Shown piece after piece: positions 21,148 to 33,645 of a stretch of 64,000 nt of DNA; positions within the stretch are counted from its first letter, which is position 1; each line of letters opens with the position of its first letter. Under the pieces are notes generated by a model, which did not search any database, was not told where the DNA came from, and was given only the letters and a program-made list of their open reading frames with translations. Made by a program: the position numbers and the translations under genes. The stretch covers positions 10,664,001 to 10,728,000 of the forward strand of contig CDPCPM010000073.1 in the NCBI GenBank assembly GCA_976551045.1. The letters run 5' to 3'. This DNA is from Glaucostegus cemiculus. Lineage: Eukaryota.

Positions 21148-24100
21148 GTAAGGCCAGTGTGAACCCATCCTCTGCCTCCCCCACTGCTCCAAGTTCCTCT
21201 GAGCAATGTCTCTCCCTCAAGATCTTACAAAACCAAAGTAAGAACAGGTCCCCCAGACAGCCTAATATCTAACCCTGATTGATAAGTAGGAGTATTAACT
21301 GGAGTTGAGAAGCTCTTGGAAATTTATGTTGGTTGACGGCCACTCCCACGTTGGCTCATGGCAGATTTGAATCCTCCCAGTCACCAGCTGTGGGGTACGT
21401 CAGCACAAGGCAGGGTGAGGGTCTGAGATTACCTAAGGCAAGGTGGGGACAACATGGTGGGTCAGCAAACTGTGTTCCAGGGCGAGACAAAATAAGAGTG
21501 TGCCATCAGGAATCTGTATCCCAATCCCTGGGCAGCAGGGGGTTAATAAAAGAGTGGCTCAGCAGTTGGCTTTCAGTCCTTGTGGAGGTTGCATTGGTTA
21601 TTTGGATTGACGCAGGGTCCAGCAGACCTGGTCCTGGAGCAGCAGTGAGATGTGAGTGGATCAACAGCCCCTTCCCGGGGGTGGAAGTGGGTCAACCGTC
21701 TGTATCTGGTGTCATTGTTGGGGGGGCGGGAGGGTGGAATTAAGGGGGAGGAGTGTCAGGTGCCTGCATCTCAGACCCTGGGGGTGAGTAAGGGAGATGT
21801 CATTAGTTTGTATCTCTGGAGGGAATTACAAGGGGAGCTCAGCAATCTGGATCCTGGTTCCCATGTTTATCTGCTTGTGGTAGTTGTAATGTTTTCTTAT
21901 ACAGAAGATAAATGGTCTGATTTCCAATGGATTCTCCTCCACACAATTCATTTTAAAATTCTGAGTAAATATCACCCACAGCTTTACTCACTTCTGCTGG
22001 TTTTCTGTGTCTGCTTGTGCATCACCTTCACCTCTACCTGTACTCACTTGTGCCTTACTCTACCTCTGCCTGTATCTCTACCTGAACTCACCACCTATAC
22101 TCACCTCAGCTTTATCTCTACCTGTACTCCACCTCCATTTGTTCCCATATGAACTTCTTCACCCTATATTCCACCTCCCCTGCACTCCACCTTTGCCTGT
22201 ACTTTATTTCCACCTGTACTCACCTCAGCTTTACTCTATATCCAATCAAACGCAGCATTTCTTTATGCTGGGAATGCTCAGCGAGTCAGACAACATCTCT
22301 GGAAAGGTAGGGTGAAGCCAGGGTTACCATGGTGATAAGTTGTAGAGGTCAACTGATCAATGGGTTAATGGGGGCATTTGGAGAATTGTTGAGAGGATGA
22401 AGCCCTCACCCTATCAGGGATATTCTCTTTGCATTATCTGTCCCTCCTCCAGCCTCTCTGCAACTTAAATATAACCTGATTTTTCACTCTTTCCCAGTTC
22501 TGATGGAGGTCTTCAACCTGAAACATTAACATTTGTTTTTCCACAGATACTGCCTAACATACTGACTGTTTCCAGCAATTTCAATTTACTCTACATCCAC
22601 CCCACAGCATGGAAACAGGCCCTTCGGCCCACCGTATCCATGCCGACCATTCACACCCATCTACCCATCCCATTTTTCCTCATTGAATCTCTCCTCTGCT
22701 GGTTCACCTGCCCCTCTCCTACACTAGGGGTGGGTGAATGAAGAGTGGCCAAATAACCTACCAACCCACTCGTCTTTGGGATGTGGGAGGAAACCTGAGG
22801 ACCAGGGAGAATGTGCAAACTCCACACAGACAGGATCGAGTAGAGGCTGCAGCACTGACCGCTGCACCAGTCTGCCACACCTGTGTTCACCTCAACCTGT
22901 ACCTATGTAGACAATCATTGTCACCCATCTGGTGTTTTCCATTCCCATGCTCCTGTCTCTCAGAGACTCCAGGGAATGATTCTCCTGCCCAGTGGAGTGG
23001 AGGGAAGAGAGAATTGGTGCCTGGGCCAGAGGTGTGGAAGGGCAGTTATGCCAGTAAAGTGGGAAGGGGCTACATGTGTCCACCACTCTACTTGAGTGTG
23101 CCCTGGTGGGGATTCAGAGCCCTGAGCGGAGGGCAGTGTTAGTGCTTGTGCCCGGGGCAGGAATTTGATTCTCTGAAGCTGGGGTGAGGCCAGGAGGTGA
23201 AGGTCATCCCTGCAGCTGAACATGTGAGCAGTCTGACCCCAGGTAAACTGGCAATGGGCAGTTCACACATGGACTATGCTGCAGCCACCAATCCACCTGG
23301 TTTTCCTGACAGGGCGACATATCCCTCAGAGTATTCCAGCCTCTCTGAGCCACCTCTCCCTCTGCTCCCCAGGGAAGTGTTTACCCAACTCCTTTTGGCA
23401 GGCTTTGATTGGCCTAACATTATAACCTGTTGCTGGGACTCTATACTCTATGCTGAGGTTATGGTTGAGAATTCTTTTAATTTCTCATCTCGTTTTGAAA
23501 ATTATAAACTTTAGCACTGGCTCCTGGATGTCAATTTGACTCACTCTCTGTGAGTGCTTCTGCAATGTATTTCTGTATTAGAACTACACTTCATATATGA
23601 GTTGTTGCTATTGTTGTGGTATCTGTCCTCATCTTTAAACCACAAAGGCACCAGGGCATTAACAGGATTCAGTAATGTCCCTCAGGAAAGGGAACATGCT
23701 GTTCTACCTGTCGGGTCTATTCAGCCCACACTTACATGATTTCACATCTGATGAATACAAGAATGAATAAATGTGCAGTAATTGTTAAGTAAACACAGCC
23801 GGATATCACTCGACATTTACTTGTTATTTGTTAGGAAACTTTATGGATTGACATTGTCAGTGACACTCAAATCTCAACAGGAGATGTATAATTCATACAC
23901 TAAAATATCATCAGCACCTCACCACTTTAAGCAATTACATTCTCCATCTTCGAGGAGCTTAAGTTCAATTTCATGAGTCCCTCCTCATAAGTTTGATATT
24001 GATCAGTGCAATCTCAGCATCCCTCCTTGGTTAAATGAAGCTAAAATGTTTGAAACTTGTAAAATAGCACTGTAATCCTGGAGGTGAAACTCTGTGTTCT

Positions 24101-24678
24101 GATTTCTCAATACCCAACTCTCTGTGCTCATCCCTTCCCCCACTTCCTTAGTGATTCAGATTCTCTTCTTTCCGCTCCCACTATAATGCTTCCTGTTTTT
24201 AAATTCCCTTTTTTTCACCTAACAACCCAAGTCATAGAGGTGCCTGTGCTGGATGTGAATGGAGAGAATGAGGCTTGATTATTGTATCAATACAGAGCCA
24301 AAAGCAGCTCTTTAAGAACAAGTCACGACATAAGCAGGGTCAGGGATTTTGGCTGGAAATGGACCTGGGAAACAGGATGGGGATTGGGATTTCACTGGAA
24401 ACCAGCAGTGTCAGAAGTAGTAACCAATGCTGGGAACAAGCAGGGTGAGGGATGGGAACTGGTGCTGGGATCCAGGAAGATCAGGGAAGAAGATCATGAC
24501 TGGAAGCCAGCAAGAACCAGATATTCTGACTGGGAACCAGTGAATGAGGGTCAGGAGAGGCACAGACAAAAGAGTGTAAAGCAGCACCAGAAGAACCTGC
24601 CAGTGAGAGGTTCCAAACTGCATACAGCTTCAATGACCTGTGTGCTAAACCACACACACACACGCACACACGCACGCA

Positions 24679-24710
<32 letters not shown>

Positions 24711-27700
24711 CACACTGTAATAGTCAGAGCTAAACAATCCCGCCACTCCACATCAGATCAAAACTTTCTGATCTTGCCTTTATCAAGTTTTGAATGGTTG
24801 TAGACGATTGTTGTAGACAAGCTGGTGGGAGAAGGCTCCAGAACATCCCCTTCGTCAATAACGGAGGACCAGAGCACATGAATACCAAAGACAAGGCTGA
24901 AGTATTTGTGATCTTCTTCAGCCAGAAATACTGAGTGGATAATCGATCTTGGCAATCTCTTGGTACTCCCAGTCTGGACTGAGAAACAGCTGAGAGTACT
25001 GAATGCAGGAAAGGCAATGGAACTTGACAATATCCCAACTAGTGTGTGGAAGTTGTGCTTTAGAACTGGCTGCTTCTCATGCCCAACTCTTTCAGTAAAT
25101 TACCATACTGGCATTTAATCAACACTGTGGGAAAATTGACTGTCCTGTCCACGAAGGTCTATCCTGACATTTATCACCCAATCAACCCACTGCCAGTTCT
25201 CAGTAAAGTGATGGAAAATGTTGTCCACTGTAATAAGATGCTTAGTTTGAGTGTCACTAGGATCACCCAGCGCCAGACCTCATCACAGACTTCAGAGCAG
25301 GGAGATGAGTTCCAGAAGTAAGGGTGACTGTCCTTAACATCAAGTCAGCAGTGGGCTGAGTGTGGCATCACGAAGCCCTGGTGAAACAGAATTCAGTGGA
25401 TATCAAGGGGGAAACTCGCCACAGGTTAGGGTTATATATCACAGCCAAAGAGTATGATTGCTGGAGCCCAATGTTTTCAGTCCAGGATATTGATGCAGGA
25501 ATTGTTCAGCATTCTATGCTTAATTATATCCAGCTGCTTCATAGGAATTAGGAGCAGGAATAGGCCCCACAACCCCACCAACCTGCTCCATCATTTAATA
25601 GGGTCATGGCTATTTTGATTGTAACCTCAACTCTCCAGTTCCACATACCTGGGGTAACCTCTCACCCCTTTGCTTATCAAGAATCAACCCCTGTCTTAAA
25701 AACAAAGACTGCTTCCACCACCCTGCGAGGAAGAAAATTCTAAAGACTAATGGCCCTCTGGGAGAACTTTTTTTTTTGCGTCATCTCTGTCTTACATGGG
25801 CACAGTGATCCCTTCATCCCCATGAGGAAATGTCCTCTCCATATCTGTTCCTGAGGATCGTAAACCTTTTGATCAAGTCCCCCATCATTCTTCTAATTTC
25901 CAGTAGATATCATCATAGCCTATCCAATATTTCCTTATATGACAACCTGCCCATTAAAATATTAGTCAAGTAAGTATTCTCCAAACTAATTCCCACACAT
26001 TATTTCCCTTCCCTTAATAAGGAAGTCAATACAGAATGCGGTACACCAGAAATGATCTCACTGATGTTCTTTATAACTGAAGCATTTAGAATCAATTCCT
26101 CTCACAATAAACAATACCATTTTGTTATTTTTTTCTAATTGCTTCTCACCTTTTGAAAATCATGCACTAAGACACCCAGATTCCTCTGCACCTCAGAGCT
26201 CTGTGATCTACCACCATTTAGATGACATACTTTGTTATTTTTCCTGCCAAAATGGATAATTTTTCATTTTCCACATTATGCTTCATTTGCCAGATCTTTG
26301 CCCACTTACTCAACCTATCTATATCCTTTTGTTGCTTTCTTATGTCCTTTTCACAACCTACTTCCCTATCTAGTTTTTTGTCATAAGCAAATTTAGCAAC
26401 CACACCCTCGGTGCCTTAATCCAAGTCATTTGCGTAATGTGTAAAAAGTTGAAGTCACACCACTGATCCCTGTGGCACGCCACTCATAACATTTTGCCAA
26501 CCAGATAAAGACCTATTTGTGCCTAGCCTCTGCTTTAAGTAAGCTAGCCAATCTTCTATCCATGCCAATATATCACCTCCTACACCACAAACTTTTATTT
26601 TCTGTAGTAACCTTTGATGTGGCACCTTATCAAATTCCTTTTCGAGATCTAAGTACAGTGTATCCACCAATTCCCCTTTATCCACAGTACACGTTACTTC
26701 TTCAAAGGACTCCAATAAATTGGACAAACATCAATTCCCTTTCAAAAAACTATGTTGACTTTGCTTGATTACTTTGAATTTTTCTAAGGCCCCTTCTGTA
26801 ATATCTTTAATAATAGCATCAAGAATTCTCCTCCCTCTGGCAGATCTTAAGCTAACTGTCCTGTAGTTTCCTGTCTCCTGCTCCCCTTTTTAAATAATTG
26901 AGTTACATTTGCTATTTTCAAATCTAATGAAACCTTGTGAATCTTGCGAATTTTGGAAAATTGAAACCAGCACATCAACTCTCTTGTTAGATATTTCTTT
27001 TAACACCCTAGGATGAATTCGATTAGGACCAGGTCCCTGTCAATTTGCTCAGTATCACGTCCCTGATGATTATAATTTTGTTGAGTTCTTCCTTCCCTTC
27101 CAGTTCCTAAGTTAATGTTATTTCGGGGATGTTACTTGCATCCTCCATAGAGAAAACTGTTGTAAACTACCTTTTTAATTCATTTGCTATCTCCTCCGTT
27201 CCACATGATCTCTAATGTCCAAAGGGATAAGGACAGCAGGTGTATGGGAACATCGGCACCTTCTGGTTCCCTCCAAGTCACACACCATTCTGCCTTTCAA
27301 ATATATCACTGATCCTTCATCCTTGAAATCCCTACCCAGCAACACTGGGGGTTGCTTTCAGCACATGGACCACAACACCTCAAGGATAACTCATTTGGTC
27401 TCTTCCTGCTCTCGTTTGTTATGCTTCACCATTACAGAGAAGCAAGTAGGCAGTAACAGTAGGCATGGGGGTCAAAATTGCCTATGGAGGTTGGTTCAGT
27501 CCTGGGATCAAGGAATGGGAGGATATCAGTGGCTGGAGAACAGAGCTTGTAACAGGCACCTAGAACAGCAGTCCACAGGACAGATCCTAATCCTATTACT
27601 TTTTGCAGTCTCTCTGTTTCTATCTGTTTCTCCCCTCTTTCACCTAATTCTTATTCCCTTCCTTGTCTCTATGTCTTTCCCCCATTCCCCAATATTTTGT

Positions 27701-30700
27701 CTGCAAACCTCTCTCTCTCTCTCTCCCACCCCCCCCCCCTCCCTCTCTCTCTCTGCCATTTATCTGCTTCTTATCTCTCTCCCTTCATGATTCCATCCCT
27801 TCCTTTCATTGATTCACTCTCCAGGAGCAAATGTGCACAGTTACTTTGATTTTCTTCCTGCGGATTTGTGCTGATTTTACTGTCAAGAATTCATTCCAAA
27901 CTTGTGTCTGATTTTGAATGCATGTCTCTTGCTTATCCAGTGAATCTGCCCATCAGGATGATCTTTAACTGATGGTCTCCTAGCAACAGGTCCATGGCTC
28001 AAGAAAATTTGCCAACCATAACCCGAATAGCAGTCAGTGCACCAGTCTGCAACATGCTTCCCCTCTCCTCACTATATGTATGTCAAAACATTTTCCATAA
28101 ACTCTGCTCCAAAATTTCTCAGGATCTTTACCTGTCTGAACACCTTGAAACCAATATCTGTGTCATATTCAGTATGGGGTAGTGTCAGTGTCAGAGAAGG
28201 GTGTAACCTTTATTAATGTCTGTAGTGGATTAGTATTCATTGTGCATCTGTGTCTATAGCAGTGGCATCAGAATTCAGTGTGGGGACTGTGTCCGAATGA
28301 AGGGATGTGTTGGTCAAGATTCAGTATGGAGGCTCTGTACTGGAAAAGGCTGTGTCTGTATTGAGGAAGGGGTGGCCTTCAATGTTGGGGCTGCAATTGC
28401 ATCTGGGGGAGGTATCAGTATTCAGAATTCTGTATCCATTTTAGAGAGGTAAATAAGAATACATGAAATAGCAGCATCTGGGTTCTTTGCCCCTCAAGTC
28501 CTCTCCTTCTCCCCCAGTCAATGGGGGACCTGATTTAATCTTTGACCTCACTCTGACTTTCCTGCTTAATCCTCATAGTTCTTGATCCTTCCCCCTCACC
28601 CCCAAAAACACAAATATTCGTTCTCCCTCTGCCTCAAAATTCCTAAAAAATCAGTGTTTATAGTTTTTTGCAGTAGAACCTAAGTTTCCAGATGGGCTAG
28701 AGTGGGGATGGTAGGTGGGACCCCAAGGGGTATGAATGGTAAAACTATAATGGGTTGGAGCAGAAACATTGAATCATTTTATTCATTGTTCTTAGGTAAG
28801 GATGGAGTGTAGGGAAAGAAGTGGGGCACAGCAAAGGAAGTTCTCTGGGGAGAGAATTTCAAAGGTTCACAACCCTGCAAGAGAAGAAATTCCTCCTCTT
28901 GTGGCCAAACCCTTATCCTGAGGCAATGCTTCTAGTTCCAGTCTCCTTCACCCCTCCTTTCTCTATACATCAAAGACCATTCTTCTCAATCTTTATAAAG
29001 TTTTGATAAACCTTAGACTCTGCTTCTTTCCCCGCAGATGCTGCCTGACCTGGAGACTGTTTCCAGTACTTTCTGTTCGTATTTCAAACTTCCTATATCT
29101 GCAGGTTTTTGATTTTAAGTTATTGCTCAATCTTTTCTTAGGATCACCCCTTATCTTAAGAAGCAATTAATGGACCTGTAATGCACTGCCTCCAAAGCAA
29201 ATATGCCCTATGCTAAATAAGGAGACCAAAACTATCCACAGTTTCACAGGTGCAGGCTCACCAAAACCCCGTACAGTTTAGCAGGCTAGCTATACGTATA
29301 TATTCTGTCCCTCAAAATAAAGATCAATGTTCAATTTGCCTTCTTAATAATTTGCTTCCGATAACATTTTGTGTTCCTTATACAAGGATTTCTAGTTCTC
29401 TCTGAATACCGACTTATAATGATCTTACACTATTTAAATGAAATTCTGCCTTGCTATTCTTTTACCAGAGAAGATAATCTCATATTTGCCCACACTATGC
29501 TCCAATATGGGAAAATGATTTTTACTATCTACCCTTCTATGCCTCTCATAATCTTATATAATCCTGTCAGTTCATCGTCAGCCTCCTCTATTACAGGGAA
29601 AATAAGTCATCTTTTTGCTTCCTCACTGAACCTGTCTACATTCTTTTCTTACTCTCTGTGTTCTCCTTACACGTTACCTCTCCCCCATCTTTGTACTTCA
29701 GCAAACTTGGACACTCTGCAATTGGTCCTTTCTTTGCAGTCATTAATATAGATCGTGAATAGAGTCTTAGGGTCAGTGAGTCATAGACAGAGTCATAGAG
29801 CTGTACAGCACAGAAATAGGCTCTTTGCCCATCACATCCATGCTGATCTTTTTGCCAATCTATGTTAATCCCATCTGCCCACACTAAGACTGTATCCTTC
29901 TATGTATTGCCTTTTTAATTGTCTAAATACCTCTTAAATGTAGTGATTGTATCTGACTCCACCACCTCCCCCGGCAGCGTGTCCCAGATATCAACCACTC
30001 TCTGTGTAAAAAACTCACCCCTAAGTTCCCCTTTAAATCTTTACTTCTCACCTCAAAACCATGCCCTCTTGTTTTTGATACTCCAAATATGGGAAAAGAT
30101 TTTGACTATCTGCTCTATCTATGCTGTCATAATCTTACGTACCTCTACCAGGTTACTCCTCAGCCTCCTTCGCTCTAGGAAAAATAAGCCCTGTCCATCC
30201 ACAACTAAAGTCCTCCAATCCAGGCAACAACCTGGTAATTCTCCTCTACACTCACTCCAACACAACTACATCCTTCCCATAGTATGGCAAACACAACTGC
30301 ACACAATACTTCAAATGTGGTCTAACTAGTGTTTTGTAAAGTTGCAACATAACATCCCAACTCTTATATTCTGTGCCAAGATCAATGAAGGCAAGAGTAC
30401 CATATGCCTTCTTCATCATCCTATTTACCTGTGTTGCCACTCGGGCCCCTAGGTCTCTCTGTTCATCAACATTCCTTAGTGCCCTACCATTTACATATCT
30501 GTCTTACCACCTTTTGACTTCCTAAAATGCATCACCTCACAGTTGTTGGTATTAAATTTTATCTGCAACACTCCATCCAACTTACATGTCATCCACAAAC
30601 TCAGTAATCATTCCTCCTACATTCACATCCAAGTCATTAATATACTATCACAAACAGCAAAGATCCCAGCACTGACCCCTATGGTACACCACCACAAAAT

Positions 30701-33601
30701 CCTCTGCCCCCATCACCAAGCCAATTTTGGATTCAATTAGCCAGCTTGTCTTGGATTCCATACACCCTAACCTTTTGGACCAGCCTATAATGCAGAACCC
30801 TCTCAAATGCCTTACTACAGTCCATACAACAATATCCACCGTCCTGTTTTCATCAATCTATTTGAATACTCCTCAAAAAACTCAGTCAAATTAGTGAGAT
30901 AGGATTTCAACCTCACAAATTCATGCTGACTCTCTCTGCCTTTCTAAGTGAACATAAATTTTGCCCCTTAGAATTTCCTCCAATAATTTCCCAATCACTG
31001 ATATAAGGTCCACTGAACTATAATTACCTGACTTATTCATGCGACCTTTCATAAATAAAGGAACAACATTAGCCATCCTCCTGTCTTCTGGTATCTTGCC
31101 CGTGGTTAATGATTCAAAAATCTCTGTCAGGGCCCCAGCAATCTTCTCCCTTGTTTTCCAGAACATTCTGGGATAGATCGCATCCAGCTCATGTGTTCCA
31201 AGACATCTGACACCTCCACTTTCTTAATACTTACATGATCTAGACGGTCAACGTATCCCTCCCTGCACTATCCTTCACATCCTTCTCCTTGTTAAATACA
31301 GATGAGAAGTATTTATTAAGGACCTCGCTTGTATCTCCTGGCTACACATATAAATTATCCTTATCCTTTTGGTCCCTAGCCACCCCCTTTCTCCTAATAT
31401 ACAGAGAATGATTTGGGATTCTCCTTCATCTTACCTGCCAATAACATTTCATGACCTCATCTTGCTCTCCTAATTTCCTTCTGAATTACTCTCCTGCACC
31501 CTCTATATTCCTCAAGGGACTTGCTTGATTGCAGCTTTCCTGAACAAACCTTCAATAACCTACGTCATTCAAGGTTCCCTAATCATCACCACCTTTTCTT
31601 TTCATTCTTACCAGAACATGCTGTCCCTGAATACTTGTTAACTCATGTTTAAAATGCTCCCGTTTTACTAGGGGAGATCGCAGCACAGATTCATACAGCA
31701 CCCCATTAATTTCTGCTTACCAACATGAAAATTATCTTTTTTATCTCTACTCTGTTTTTTCTGTTATCCAATCCTTTATTTGTGCTAATATATACCCTTG
31801 TCTTGTTTAGCAACCATTTCTTAGGCTTCTTATCTATGGAAATCCAATGTCACTACTTCTAATGGTTTCCCTCTATCTACCCTCTTTACTACCCAAAGAA
31901 CCCTAATAAGTTTGTTAAATACAATTTCCTTTTCATAAAATTGAGTTGACTCTGGCTAAGCTCTGCTATATGTTACCATTTCCTTAACAACAGATTCCAG
32001 CAATTCCCCCTGCTGAATGTATCAGAAGTACTCCTTCTGGTTCAGATGCTTTTAGTAAATATATCTTCTCTGTGACAGGGCCGATGATGGAGATGAGGAT
32101 GATTTTTTTGCCACGTTGACTGCCATCGAACAGAAGCAGGAGATCATGAAGCGGTCAGACTACACACTGGTAAGGAACTGCTGCAACTCACACATAGCCC
32201 CTGACAACAAGCCATGATAATTCTGCCTGGCTCTGGCAGCCTTGGCTCCTTGGCGGTTTGATTCTTAGACAACGGTGATTGAGTGATCGTCCATATTTAT
32301 TGCCCACAAAGTGCTGTCAAGTGTGATGCAGCAGTGGGGGCTGCATCCCTCGAGGGGGTGACTTTCTGGATGTGGTGCTGGGAGGTAGGGTTGCGAGCAT
32401 AAGTGTGTTAAGAATATGGGGCACAGGTAAGACCATGAAGCAATGGGTCAGAGAACTGGTCAGTGCCTCAGGCTGCTGCCCAGGGCCATACGTTATAGTC
32501 AGTGCCAGTCAGAGCAGCAGAGAGTGGCTGCGATCAATTACTGTACCAGGGACAGTGCCATCAGTGGCTCTGGTCAAGGCCCTTGTACAGTGCCCATCAG
32601 TGCTGTGGTCAATTCCATGGACAGTGCCTGTCAATGGCTGTGGTCAGTACCCATGAACTGTGGCCATTAGTGGCTATGGTCAATACCCATGGACAGTGTT
32701 TGTGGTAAATGCTCATGGTCATTGTGCCTGTGATCAGTGCCAGTCAATTCAGCAGACAGTGGTTGTGGTCAGTGCCCATCAGTGTATGTGCTCAGTATCC
32801 ATGGTCTGTGGTCAGGGCCCATCAGTGCTTGTGGTCAGTACCCATGGACAGTGCTACACTGTAGTCTTCAAACAATGTTAACAATGTTTTGGAACCAGTA
32901 TTAAACGTAATGAGTTCTCTCTCTGTTCGCCACAGCCTCCTGAGGACTCCAGCGACTTGCTTCCACCTCAAGCATCTGGACACAGTGAGAAGCTGAAGAT
33001 CTCACACAAGGAGGTAATGCCCACCTTTAATGAGAGCTGGAGGTGACCTGGGAAGGTGGGTAGTGATGGCGGTCGGAGGTGGGAGTGGTTGGCAATATGA
33101 CAGGAAAGAAAGGGTGCAGGAAAAGGGATCTGGATGGGAACTCAAGGAAAAGAATGAAGTATCGAGAGTTAATCAGGAAGGTAATATTGATAGTAGGGGT
33201 GATAGGAGATGAGGGGACGGTAGTTGATGGGAGGTTATGGACAGTGCAGAGGTGAGGAGCAGAGGGGTGGGGCAGGACTGTATTGGGACTGTTAGGAATG
33301 TAAGATCATTGGTGTGTTGTATCTGTCACTGCAGCTGCTACTGCTCTATGAGGACATACTCTACACCCTGATCCATCAAACCGGTGTTCCCTCCGTAACA
33401 CACGTCACAGATCAAGGGGAGATGATCCACTATATGCAGAAGGTAACCCTTGGAGTTTCACACTGTTACAACACTTGGTATAGGCACATTGAAATTCCAA
33501 AACTACAGGCAGTTCTACTGGATTACCCAGAACAGCTCCATAACCTGTAGTTCTAAAAATTCAGGCATTTTCACACTGAAACCCCCGATTACACAGGGGG
33601 G

Positions 33602-33645
<44 letters not shown>

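Noticed and set aside
27357-27375. REST/NRSE-like site TTCAGCACATGGACC
   Set aside because: Spacing and right half deviate from the consensus, and it lies within a LINE fragment.
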